Source: Proteus hauseri
Lineage (GTDB): Bacteria > Pseudomonadota > Gammaproteobacteria > Enterobacterales > Enterobacteriaceae
Assembly (NCBI RefSeq): GCF_040139125.1
Contig: NZ_JBEEUB010000003.1
Coordinates: 73,504-105,503, forward strand
Length of the DNA: 32,000 nt
Direction: 5' to 3'
A program made the translations under genes and the position numbers. The notes beneath the pieces are model-generated. The model made no database searches and had not been told where the DNA came from. It saw nothing but the letters and a program-made list of their open reading frames with translations. Of the stretch, positions 10,761 through 19,841 are shown one piece after another. The stretch's first letter is position 1; every line of letters begins with the position of its first letter.

Positions 10761-11963
10761 ATGTCAAGTAAGCTGGTGCTGGTACTGAACTGCGGTAGTT
10801 CTTCTCTTAAATTTGCAATTATCAACCCAGAAAATGGTGAAGAATTCCTTTCAGGTTTGGCTGAGTGCTTCAACCTACCTGAAGCCCGCCTGAAGTGGAA
10901 AATGGATGGTCAGAAACACGAAGCGGCTTTAGGCGCCGGTGCTGCCCATAGCGAAGCATTAAACTTTATTGTTAATACTATTCTGGCTGAAAAACCAGAG
11001 CTTTCTGCACAAATAGCATCAATTGGTCATCGTATTGTTCACGGTGGCGAGAAATTCACTAAGTCTGTCATCATTACTGATGAAGTTATCGACGGTATCG
11101 AAGCAGCTATTCCGTTTGCACCACTGCATAACCCAGCTCACCTTATTGGTATCGAAGAAGCACGCAAAGCGTTCCCTCATTTAATTGAAAAAATGGTTGC
11201 TGTATTTGATACTGCATTCCACCAAACAATGCCTGAAGAAGCTTATCTGTATGCTCTGCCATACAGCTTATATAAAGATCACAGCATTCGTCGTTACGGT
11301 GCTCACGGAACAAGCCATTTCTATGTTTCTCGTGAAGCCGCTAAAATGTTAAATAAACCTGTTGATGAACTGAACGTAATCACTTGCCACTTAGGTAATG
11401 GTGGTTCTGTTTCTGCTATTGTTAACGGTAAATGTGTTGATACTTCTATGGGTCTGACTCCATTAGAAGGTTTAGTAATGGGTACACGTAGTGGTGATAT
11501 CGATCCTGCTATCGTATTCCATTTACACGACACTTTAGGTATGAGCGTTGAAGATATCAACAAACTGCTGACTAAAGAATCGGGTCTGTTAGGTTTAACT
11601 GAAGTCACCAGTGACTGCCGTTATGTTGAAGATAACTACGACACTAAAGCAGATGCAAAACGTGCAATGGATGTTTATTGCCATCGTTTAGCGAAATACA
11701 TCGGTTCTTACTGTGCACTGATGGAAGGTCGTTTAGATGCTATTATCTTTACAGGTGGTATCGGTGAAAACGCAGCAATGGTACGTGAATTATCGCTGAA
11801 AAAACTAGCTCTATTAGGTTTTGAAGTTGATCATCAACGTAACTTAGATGCTCGTTTCGGTAAATCAGGCACTATCACTACCGATAACAGCCGTCTTGCT
11901 GTTGTTATTCCAACTAACGAAGAGTTAGTAATCGCTCAAGACGCAAGCCGTCTGACCGCTTAA
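10761..11963 (+). CDS. ackA: Acetate kinase
   Basis: The 400-aa ORF begins [22 protein letters not shown] and contains [12 protein letters not shown] and [13 protein letters not shown]. These are canonical AckA motifs, and the gene is followed by pta. Confidence 0.97.
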   Translation: MSSKLVLVLNCGSSSLKFAIINPENGEEFLSGLAECFNLPEARLKWKMDGQKHEAALGAGAAHSEALNFIVNTILAEKPELSAQIASIGHRIVHGGEKFTKSVIITDEVIDGIEAAIPFAPLHNPAHLIGIEEARKAFPHLIEKMVAVFDTAFHQTMPEEAYLYALPYSLYKDHSIRRYGAHGTSHFYVSREAAKMLNKPVDELNVITCHLGNGGSVSAIVNGKCVDTSMGLTPLEGLVMGTRSGDIDPAIVFHLHDTLGMSVEDINKLLTKESGLLGLTEVTSDCRYVEDNYDTKADAKRAMDVYCHRLAKYIGSYCALMEGRLDAIIFTGGIGENAAMVRELSLKKLALLGFEVDHQRNLDARFGKSGTITTDNSRLAVVIPTNEELVIAQDASRLTA

Positions 11964-12041
11964 GTTTTTTGATGTACTGCCAGTTTTTAAGCTGGCAGTA
12001 CTGTTCTACATAACGAGCAACCGATATCTAAAGAGGTTTCC

Positions 12042-14186
12042 GTGTCCCGTACAATTATGCTAGTCCCAACTGATACACGCGTAGGTTTAACCAGCGTCAG
12101 CTTGGGTGTTATCCGTTCTATGGAACAAAAAGGCGTTAGCCTGAGTGTGTTCAAACCTATTGCACAGCCTCGTGTTAAAGGTGCATTAGATCAGACAACC
12201 GCAATTATCCGCTCCCACTCTACTATTCAATCTTCAGAACCTTTAAATATGGATTATGTTGAGTCACTACTCAGCTCAAACCAAAAAGATGTTCTGATGG
12301 AAGAGATTGTTGCTAGATACCATGAAAATACCGCTGATGCAGAAGTTATTCTCATCGAAGGTTTGGTACCTATGCGTAAGCATCCTTTTGCTCAATCATT
12401 AAACTATGAGATTGCCAAAACATTAGGTGCTGAAATTGTTTTCGTTACTGCATTAGGTAACAACACCGCAGAACAGCTAAAAGAGCGTATTGAATTTGCT
12501 CGTGCTGAGTTCGGTGGTATTAAAAATCAGAATATTACGGGTGTTATCGTTAATAAACTTAACGCACCTGTTGATGATCAAGGTCGTACTCGCCCTGATT
12601 TATCAGAAATCTTTGATGATTCAAGCAAAGCAACTATCTCAAATGTTGATTTACAAACCATCGAAAAAAACAGCCCACTACCTTTACTGGGTTGCATTCC
12701 ATGGAACTTTGACTTAATTGCTACCCGTGCAACGGATATGGCAAAACACTTAAATGCGACTATCGTTAATAAAGGCGATATCGAAACTCGTCGTATTAAG
12801 TCTGTCACGTTCTGTGCTCGCAGTATCCCACATATGTTAGAACACTTCCGTCCTGGTTCACTGTTAGTGACTTCAGCGGATCGTCCTGATGTATTAGTTT
12901 CTGCATGTCTTGCTGCAATGAATGGTGTTGAAATCGGTGCTATTTTACTGACTGGTGGTTATCAAATCGATGCTCCAATCAAACAGCTTTGTGAACGTGC
13001 ATTTGAAACTGGCTTGCCTATCTTTATGGTAAATGCAAATACTTGGCAGACCTCTTTAAATCTGCAAAGCTTTAGCTTAGAAGTACCAGCAGACGACCAT
13101 GAACGTATTGAAAAAATTCAAAACTACGTTGCTCAACATATCAATGCAGAATGGATTGATTCATTAACCGCTAATTCAGAACGCCCTAACCGTTTATCTC
13201 CACCAGCATTCCGTTATCAATTAACTGAACTAGCTCGTAAAGCGAAAAAACGCATCGTTCTGCCAGAAGGTGATGAACCACGTACGGTTAAAGCAGCCTC
13301 TATTTGTGCTGAGCGCGGTATCGCAACATGTGTTCTGTTAGGTGATCCTGAAGAAATTCGCCGCGTAGCAGCAGCTCAAGGTGTTGAATTAGGCACTGGT
13401 ATTGAGCTTGTTAATCCTAAAGAAGTACGTGAAATCTATGTACCTCGTTTAGTTGATCTGCGCAAAAATAAAGGCATGACTGAAGTTGTTGCTCGTGAAC
13501 AGTTAGAAGATAACGTTGTTCTTGGCACATTAATGCTAGAAAAAGGTGAAGTTGATGGTTTAGTTTCTGGTGCTGTTCATACCACCGCAAACACTATTCG
13601 CCCACCACTACAGTTAATTAAAACGGCACCAGGTAGCTCACTGGTTTCTTCTGTGTTCTTTATGCTGTTACCAGAACAAGTTTATGTTTATGGTGACTGT
13701 GCAATTAACCCAGATCCAACCGCTGAACAACTGGCTGAAATCGCAATTCAATCTGCAGATTCTGCCATTGCATTCGGTATCGACCCACGTGTTGCAATGA
13801 TCTCTTACTCTACTGGTAACTCAGGTGCAGGTAGTGATGTAGAGAAAGTCCGTGAAGCAACTCGTTTAGCACAAGAAAAACGTCCTGATCTGATGATTGA
13901 TGGTCCTTTACAATACGACGCAGCAGTTATGGCTGACGTTGCTAAATCTAAAGCACCAAATTCACCAGTTGCAGGTAAAGCGACTGTGTTTATCTTCCCT
14001 GATCTGAACACCGGTAACACCACTTATAAAGCGGTACAACGTTCAGCTGACTTGGTTTCAATCGGACCAATGTTACAAGGTATGCGTAAACCAGTGAATG
14101 ACCTTTCTCGTGGTGCATTAGTTGACGATATCGTCTACACCGTTGCCTTGACAGCAATTCAAGCAAGCCAACAAGAAAACGCATAA
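12042..14186 (+). CDS. pta: Phosphate acetyltransferase
   Basis: The 714-aa ORF starts with GTG, as does E. coli pta. (V/M)[31 protein letters not shown] matches the E. coli Pta N-terminus. The C-terminal PTA_PTB domain is present ([21 protein letters not shown]). Confidence 0.97.
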   Translation: MSRTIMLVPTDTRVGLTSVSLGVIRSMEQKGVSLSVFKPIAQPRVKGALDQTTAIIRSHSTIQSSEPLNMDYVESLLSSNQKDVLMEEIVARYHENTADAEVILIEGLVPMRKHPFAQSLNYEIAKTLGAEIVFVTALGNNTAEQLKERIEFARAEFGGIKNQNITGVIVNKLNAPVDDQGRTRPDLSEIFDDSSKATISNVDLQTIEKNSPLPLLGCIPWNFDLIATRATDMAKHLNATIVNKGDIETRRIKSVTFCARSIPHMLEHFRPGSLLVTSADRPDVLVSACLAAMNGVEIGAILLTGGYQIDAPIKQLCERAFETGLPIFMVNANTWQTSLNLQSFSLEVPADDHERIEKIQNYVAQHINAEWIDSLTANSERPNRLSPPAFRYQLTELARKAKKRIVLPEGDEPRTVKAASICAERGIATCVLLGDPEEIRRVAAAQGVELGTGIELVNPKEVREIYVPRLVDLRKNKGMTEVVAREQLEDNVVLGTLMLEKGEVDGLVSGAVHTTANTIRPPLQLIKTAPGSSLVSSVFFMLLPEQVYVYGDCAINPDPTAEQLAEIAIQSADSAIAFGIDPRVAMISYSTGNSGAGSDVEKVREATRLAQEKRPDLMIDGPLQYDAAVMADVAKSKAPNSPVAGKATVFIFPDLNTGNTTYKAVQRSADLVSIGPMLQGMRKPVNDLSRGALVDDIVYTVALTAIQASQQENA

Positions 14187-14213
14187 TTATTGAAGTTTGC
14201 TTCAATTAGAACA

Positions 14214-14247
14214 ACGCCAGATGATTAATTTCATCTGGCGTTTTTTA
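14214..14247 (+). terminator. Rho-independent terminator of ackA-pta
   Basis: An 11-bp perfect stem ACGCCAGATGA (14214-14224) / TCATCTGGCGT (14231-14241) is followed by T6. Confidence 0.85.
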
Positions 14248-14262
14248 TTCTACTGATTTTCT

Positions 14263-14340
14263 ATTTAACTAAAATTCGAGGCAGTCTCAAGAGCTCAACA
14301 ACTTGATTCTGTCTCCTTTAAAAAGGAGAGTCAAGAGAAA
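14263..14340 (+). pseudogene. Remnant of a third hok/sok-like unit (leader segment only, toxin ORF deleted)
   Basis: 14270-14340 (CTAAAATTCGAGGCAGTCTCAAGAGCTCAACAACTTGATTCTGTCTCCTTTAAAAAGGAGAGTCAAGAGAAA) aligns with the intact leader at 14528-14598, with differences clustered in a central stretch of about 15 nt. After ..CAAGAGAAA it jumps directly to CCCCACTT (14341). In the intact unit CCCCACTT follows only at 14843, so the 243 bp corresponding to 14600-14842 (the hok CDS plus 3' region) are missing. Confidence 0.6.
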
Positions 14341-14442
14341 CCCCACTTATAAACACACCATACAAAAACAACTAATACATTGATTTTACTTATTTATTTA
14401 GACTATTTTTATTCAGAAAAAGATAGGAATGAGGTCGATTTC

Positions 14443-14451
14443 TGTTAGTAT
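14443..14451 (+). promoter_or_regulatory. Candidate extended -10 promoter of hok-like mRNA, copy 1
   Basis: TGtTAGTAT is a TGn plus -10 hexamer with 4/6 matches, and there is no good -35. The predicted TSS near 14458 places GGGUGCUUGG at the extreme 5' end of the mRNA. That is where the 5' pairing element sits in hok mRNAs. Confidence 0.35.
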
Positions 14452-14497
14452 GCAGGTGGGTGCTTGGATCATTTTGGTTCAAGCATTTGCGAGCGCC

Positions 14498-14558
14498 AAA
14501 AAGACGAAAGCCCCGAATTTTAATTTACTAAAATCCGAGGCAGTCTCAACGCCAGACA
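14498..14558 (-). ncRNA. Candidate Sok-like antisense RNA, copy 1
   Basis: The minus strand carries a promoter TTGACT (14593-14588), a 17-nt spacer, and CAGAAT (14570-14565). Its -35 lies between the hok SD and ATG. The predicted transcript of about 60 nt is fully complementary to the hok leader, including GAGG at 14537-14540. It contains the hairpin GGAUUUUA-GUAAAU-UAAAAUUC and ends ..GGGGCUUUCGUCUUUUU. Size and layout match Sok of plasmid R1 as I recall it. Confidence 0.45.
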
Positions 14559-14598
14559 ACGTCGATTCTGTCTCCTTTAAAAAGGAGAGTCAAGAGAA

Positions 14599-14742
14599 AT
14601 GACTAAATTTGCCCTGATAGGGCTGATTGCTGTCTGCATGACAGCACTGTGTTTATCACTACTTAGGCATGAAAGATTATGCTCTTTCAATATTCGTAGT
14701 GGTCATACAGTAGTTCAAGCGACTTTATCTTGCGATAAATAG
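14599..14742 (+). CDS. Hok/Gef-family type I toxin (47 aa), copy 1
   Basis: The peptide is MTKFALIGLIAVCMTALCLSLLRHERLCSFNIRSGHTVVQATLSCDK. It has one N-terminal TM helix followed by the Hok/Gef signature: VC.T...L.R..LC....R.GH..V.A. Compare R1 Hok ..[32 protein letters not shown].. The SD AAGGAGA (14582-14588) lies 10 nt upstream and is buried in the hairpin TCTCCTTT/AAAGGAGA (14571-14588). At 47 aa it falls below the 60-aa ORF-track cutoff. Confidence 0.75.
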   Translation: MTKFALIGLIAVCMTALCLSLLRHERLCSFNIRSGHTVVQATLSCDK

Positions 14743-14966
14743 CTTTGTGGGGGAATTTTCCCCCACAATTTCTCATAACACGTTGTTGCGTTTTGTGGTT
14801 ACAAGCACCCTACTTTAATGACTTACAATACACAGATGAGTACCCCACTTCTCGCCCCCTCTCTTTCACTCTTATTTTCACAATAATAAAACCAACTAAC
14901 GCATTGATTTAACTAATGTATTTACACTGTTTTTACTCAAAAAAAGATAGGAATGAGGTCGATTTC

Positions 14967-14975
14967 TGTTAGTAT
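14967..14975 (+). promoter_or_regulatory. Candidate extended -10 promoter of hok-like mRNA, copy 2
   Basis: Identical to 14443-14451 (inside the 403-bp perfect repeat, offset +524). Confidence 0.35.
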
Positions 14976-15021
14976 GCAGGTGGGTGCTTGGATCATTTTG
15001 GTTCAAGCATTTGCGAGCGCC

Positions 15022-15082
15022 AAAAAGACGAAAGCCCCGAATTTTAATTTACTAAAATCCGAGGCAGTCTCAACGCCAGACA
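15022..15082 (-). ncRNA. Candidate Sok-like antisense RNA, copy 2
   Basis: Identical to 14498-14558 (offset +524). The same TTGACT-17-CAGAAT promoter lies at 15117-15112 / 15094-15089 on the minus strand. Confidence 0.45.
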
Positions 15083-15122
15083 ACGTCGATTCTGTCTCCT
15101 TTAAAAAGGAGAGTCAAGAGAA

Positions 15123-15266
15123 ATGACTAAATTTGCCCTGATAGGGCTGATTGCTGTCTGCATGACAGCACTGTGTTTATCACTACTTAGGCATGAAAGA
15201 TTATGCTCTTTCAATATTCGTAGTGGTCATACAGTAGTTCAAGCGACTTTATCTTGCGATAAATAG
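15123..15266 (+). CDS. Hok/Gef-family type I toxin (47 aa), copy 2
   Basis: The nucleotide sequence is identical to 14599-14742. The 3' end of the repeat (15343) overlaps the stop codon of the convergent racemase gene (15339-15341). Confidence 0.75.
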   Translation: MTKFALIGLIAVCMTALCLSLLRHERLCSFNIRSGHTVVQATLSCDK

Positions 15267-15338
15267 CTTTGTGGGGGAATTTTCCCCCACAATTTCTCAT
15301 AACACGTTGTTGCGTTTTGTGGTTACAAGCACCCTACT

Positions 15339-16562
15339 TTAATCAACTAACACACGTTGATTAGTTGCGCCCCATAAAATGGACATTTCAGTAAATAGCG
15401 CACCACTGATATCTTCAACTTCTTCAGCTGTAATCTCAGCATTACCTTGCTGACCAAAAAACACCACTTCATCACCTGATTTGATATTTTTAAGGGAGGT
15501 TATATCAACAATCACAGTATTCATGGAGGTTTTACCCAACACAGGAACACGTTGACCACCAATTAATGCATGCCCTGCATTACTGAATACTCGTCGATAA
15601 CCATCAGCATAACCAACGGGAATATTGGCTAATACAGAGTCACGTTTTAAGGTATAAGTACGATCATAACCCACTGTATTACCTTTAGGATAATAATTGA
15701 TTGATGCAATATTTGATTTAAACGTCATCACACGTTTGTAGTCTGTGCTTGCGATAGTATCACCATAGAAAATACCACCAACACGTACCATATCTAACCA
15801 TGATTCAGGCACCGTGATCGTGGCAAAGGTATTTGCCATATGTAGTATCACATCTTTACGATCTAGCCCTGTAACTTCCAATACCTTTTGCGATTGCTGT
15901 TTAAAACGTGCAAGATCTTCTCTTACTTTATCCGCATCTTCTTCAGGATAGTGAGACATAATACCAACCACTTTAAGGTTAGCTAACTGGGCAATTTGCT
16001 TCGCTTCTTCAAGCCCTGCTTTGTTATTTACCTCTAAGCCATTACGCGACATTCCACCTGAATTTAACGCCAAATGGATAGGGATAATTTTATTTTGTTG
16101 TTTAGCAATAACATCTAATTTTTTTGCCATATCAAGATTGCCAATTAACTCTTCTACATTATAGGCAGTGGCTTGAGACATCTCTTGCTCTGTCGCGTTA
16201 CGAACTCGCATTAAACGCCCGTTAAAACCTAAATCACGTACCTGTTTTAACTCTTGGTTATTGGTCACACCAATACATTGCACATTGTTTTCAATCATTA
16301 CTGGTGCAACGAGTGATAAATCATGACCATAAGCATCCCCTTTTAATACTGCACAAAGAGAAGATTTCTCGCCTAACAGCGATTGAACTTTTTTCACATT
16401 AAAATCAAGCGCACTGCGTGAAATTTCAATCCATGAGTTATTAACAATTGCAGGCTGAACCTGAGTTGTTTGCGTTACTGGTGGATTGTAATTAACCGGT
16501 TGTTGACAAGCAGTGATAACCAAAAGAGGTAACAGCGCAAGATATCGTAAACCAAAAGACAT
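15339..16562 (-). CDS. Alanine-racemase-family PLP enzyme with a lipoprotein signal peptide (probable periplasmic broad-spectrum amino-acid racemase, Bsr-like)
   Basis: The ORF track frame is 15339..16604. I start at ATG 16562 ([19 protein letters not shown]|QQP), which has AAGGA 8 nt upstream. There is a lipobox ITAC. Alr-family motifs are present: the PLP-Lys context [11 protein letters not shown], and the PVGYADGY and MSHY regions. Confidence 0.8.
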   Translation of the reverse strand: MSFGLRYLALLPLLVITACQQPVNYNPPVTQTTQVQPAIVNNSWIEISRSALDFNVKKVQSLLGEKSSLCAVLKGDAYGHDLSLVAPVMIENNVQCIGVTNNQELKQVRDLGFNGRLMRVRNATEQEMSQATAYNVEELIGNLDMAKKLDVIAKQQNKIIPIHLALNSGGMSRNGLEVNNKAGLEEAKQIAQLANLKVVGIMSHYPEEDADKVREDLARFKQQSQKVLEVTGLDRKDVILHMANTFATITVPESWLDMVRVGGIFYGDTIASTDYKRVMTFKSNIASINYYPKGNTVGYDRTYTLKRDSVLANIPVGYADGYRRVFSNAGHALIGGQRVPVLGKTSMNTVIVDITSLKNIKSGDEVVFFGQQGNAEITAEEVEDISGALFTEMSILWGATNQRVLVD

Positions 16563-16723
16563 CTTATTTTTCCTTAGTGATTGTGATGTAAGACCTTGAA
16601 CCAATTATTTTGTTGTAATTAATTAGGCACGAAAATATACACAATGTGAATATTCACTAAGGATAATAAGCATTTTTATTCATAAAATAAACATATAAAT
16701 TCATATGTTATTATTGATATAAC

Positions 16724-16745
16724 AAAAAAACCTGCCAAGGCAGGT
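16724..16745 (-). terminator. Rho-independent terminator downstream of CRISPR array 1 (minus strand)
   Basis: On the minus strand ACCTGCC-TT-GGCAGGT is followed by T7 (the complement of the A-run at 16724-16730). It lies about 75 nt beyond the leader-distal repeat. Confidence 0.65.
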
Positions 16746-16818
16746 GCTAGCTCTCTTTTTAGATAAAATTTGAAAAACTATCACTGATAGTGTTTTTATT
16801 TGATAGTTTACAGTGGAT

Positions 16819-17886
16819 TGGTTTTATCCCCGTGCATACGGGGAACACCCATTTCCTGCATTTATAAAATAGTAATCATTCGGTTTATCCCCGTGCATAC
16901 GGGGAACACTGGTAACGGGGATAAGTGGGTTACTGAAATTCCGGTTTATCCCCGTGCATACGGGGAACACTGATCATACTCTTCATATTTCATTTTATAT
17001 TCCGGTTTATCCCCGTGCATACGGGGAACACTATCATCAGGGCATTGTGCCATGTTATAACCTCGGTTTATCCCCGTGCATACGGGGAACACTTCTGAGC
17101 TTCTTCTAACTTCTCGTCATACTGCGGTTTATCCCCGTGCATACGGGGAACACTGTGTATCTTTGCAATCCAGTTATAGCCCTGTGCGGTTTATCCCCGT
17201 GCATACGGGGAACACCGAGCCCTACAAGTGAATATGGATTTCATTCGCGGTTTATCCCCGTGCATACGGGGAACACCTGCTCAACCGAAGGTGTTAATGC
17301 CGCACTAGCGGTTTATCCCCGTGCATACGGGGAACACATGATTATCTGGCAAATGTTGCAGTTAATAATCGGTTTATCCCCGTGCATACGGGGAACACGA
17401 AGTAGGGCGCTGAATATAGTGTCTATGTTCAGGTTTATCCCCGTGCATACGGGGAACACTTATCGAACATTTCGTATAAATCATCTTTCAGCGGTTTATC
17501 CCCGTGCATACGGGGAACACTTAACAGTCACATAAACGTCACTCAAGAAAGCCGGTTTATCCCCGTGCATACGGGGAACACTGATATCGCGGTTTTACTT
17601 GAGCGAGTTCTGGCGGTTTATCCCCGTGCATACGGGGAACACATTATCGTGTGTATATATGAACTCTCTAATATCGGTTTATCCCCGTGCATACGGGGAA
17701 CACGGTTCAACTGGAAAAGCCGCTGTGTTAGAAGACGGTTTATCCCCGTGCATACGGGGAACACTAGTTAGTAGGAAACGCAAATGAGTTAGTTTGCGGT
17801 TTATCCCCGTGCATACGGGGAACACGGTCAGACACAAAGAAAACATATTTAAACACCCGGTTTATCCCCGTGCATACGGGGAACAC
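16819..17886 (-). CRISPR. CRISPR array 1, type I-E repeat family, 18 repeats / 17 spacers
   Basis: The 29-nt repeat is CGGTTTATCCCCGTGCATACGGGGAACAC on the plus strand. In crRNA sense on the minus strand it is GTGTTCCCCGTATGCACGGGGATAAACCG, close to the E. coli K-12 repeat GTGTTCCCCGCGCCAGCGGGGATAAACCG. The period is 61 nt. Sixteen spacers are 32 nt and one is 33 nt (17154-17186). The repeat at 16819-16848 is degenerate (an extra T), which marks the leader-distal end. The newest end abuts the cas2-proximal leader. Confidence 0.98.
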
Positions 17887-17944
17887 TCTAAATATATTTA
17901 ATTGATTTAATTAAATAAAAAAACATATTTATTTCTACCAAATA
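17887..17944 (-). promoter_or_regulatory. Leader of CRISPR array 1 (the entire cas2-array intergenic region, 58 bp)
   Basis: AT-rich. In minus-strand sense it ends ..ATATTTAGA immediately before the first repeat. This matches the ..TTTAGA|GTGTTCCCC leader-repeat junction of E. coli I-E as I recall it. Confidence 0.7.
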
Positions 17945-19163
<1,219 letters not shown>

Positions 19164-19164
<1 letters not shown>

Positions 19165-19841
19165 TAAATAGTCCTAATTAGCATCAACCCACAGCCAAAG
19201 GCTTTTGCTCTACCAAATCCTTGTTGGTATTGTTGCCAAAAAAGAGCAGGATCTTCAATCGTAAGGGTACCTTGATAATCAACAGAAGAAAAAGCCATTA
19301 TTTTTCCTGACGATTTTTTAATACGTTCAGGCGTATAGGCTTTAATATCTGGCAAATGATTTAATGAAATCCCCCACTTATTTAAACGCTTTTCAGAACT
19401 TATCCAATTTAATGCGGCTTGTTGCATTAAATTATGAATATCATCTTGATTATAATTGTTGGCATTTAATTGAGCCTGCTTTTTAGCATGCATAAGAACA
19501 TCATGACGATGTTGTTTTCCCTCTTTATCGGTAATACAAATCGTTGGATTTGCTCTTAATGAAAATGCCAATTTCATTTTTGTGGTTAATTTGGGTAAAA
19601 AAGGTTTGGTTTCTATTTTAAAAAAACGGTGTTGAATAGTTGGCATTACAGAAGAAAGTATATAAAAAATAGGCGTTCCATTTTTCTCCATTTCTACTCG
19701 ATAAAGAAATGAGCGTTCAGTTTCTTCAGTAAATAGCTGCCACAATAACTGATGAATGGTATATCCTGCCTGCCGTTCGTTTGCGAGCAACGAGTGTAAA
19801 TAGTCAGTGGAACCGCCTATTGTAATTCTAGACAAGTACAT
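19164..19841 (-). CDS. casE: Cas6e (CasE/Cse3) pre-crRNA endoribonuclease
   Basis: The 225-aa ORF has the N-terminus MYLSRITI and the C-terminal motif GFGRAKAFGCGLMLI, as in E. coli CasE (MYLSKV.., GIGPAKSMGCGLLSL). It holds the conserved operon position and overlaps casD as TAATG. Confidence 0.9.

Larger units (their letters stand above)
14417..15343 (+). repeat. Tandem direct duplication of the hok/sok-like core (2 x 403 bp, period 524 bp)
   Basis: In my side-by-side reading, 14417-14819 is repeated base for base at 14941-15343. The segments preceding each core (14341-14416 versus 14843-14940) are clearly related but diverged and differ in length. Confidence 0.9.

Noticed and set aside
11975-12000. 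A perfect 9-bp hairpin, TACTGCCAG-N8-CTGGCAGTA, between ackA and pta, considered as a terminator.
   Set aside because: No T-run follows on the plus strand, and ackA-pta is co-transcribed in E. coli. At most it is an mRNA-stabilising or attenuating structure, and I cannot support a terminator call.
14450-14602. A 51-codon frame (ATG 14450 to TGA 14602) ending in an ATGA overlap with the hok-like start, considered as a mok equivalent. The same frame exists at 14974-15126.
   Set aside because: The ATG lies inside or upstream of the predicted -10 and TSS of the hok mRNA, so it is probably not on the transcript. There is no canonical start codon in this frame downstream of the GAGG at 14537. The observation is kept as an open question in the findings, not called as a gene.
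14745-14768. The hok 3' hairpin GTGGGGGA/TCCCCCAC, considered as a degenerate CRISPR repeat (both are C/G-run hairpins).
   Set aside because: The stem sequence, loop and flanks do not align with the GTGTTCCCCGTATGCACGGGGATAAACCG repeat. The similarity is limited to a run of C/G.
14836-14886. A 16-aa mini-ORF (MSTPLLAPSLSLLFSQ) in the spacer between the two hok units.
   Set aside because: It has no SD, and the corresponding segment ahead of unit 1 has no equivalent ORF. It is likely chance.
16644-16658. A CRP-binding site call for TGTGAATATTCACT.
   Set aside because: The half-sites are separated by 4 nt rather than the 6 nt required in the TGTGA-N6-TCACA consensus.
17154-17186. The single 33-nt spacer in array 1, considered as a sign of an unusual acquisition mechanism.
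   Set aside because: Occasional +1 spacers are a known minor outcome of I-E Cas1-Cas2 ruler slippage. It is noted in the feature evidence only.
17137-17787. ORF-track entries 17137..17535, 17565..17771 and 17599..17787 (peptides with recurring FIPVHTGNT / VYPRAYGEH / LSPCIRGT).
   Set aside because: These are translations of CRISPR array 1. The periodic peptide motifs are simply the 29-nt repeat read in three frames. There are no coding signals.
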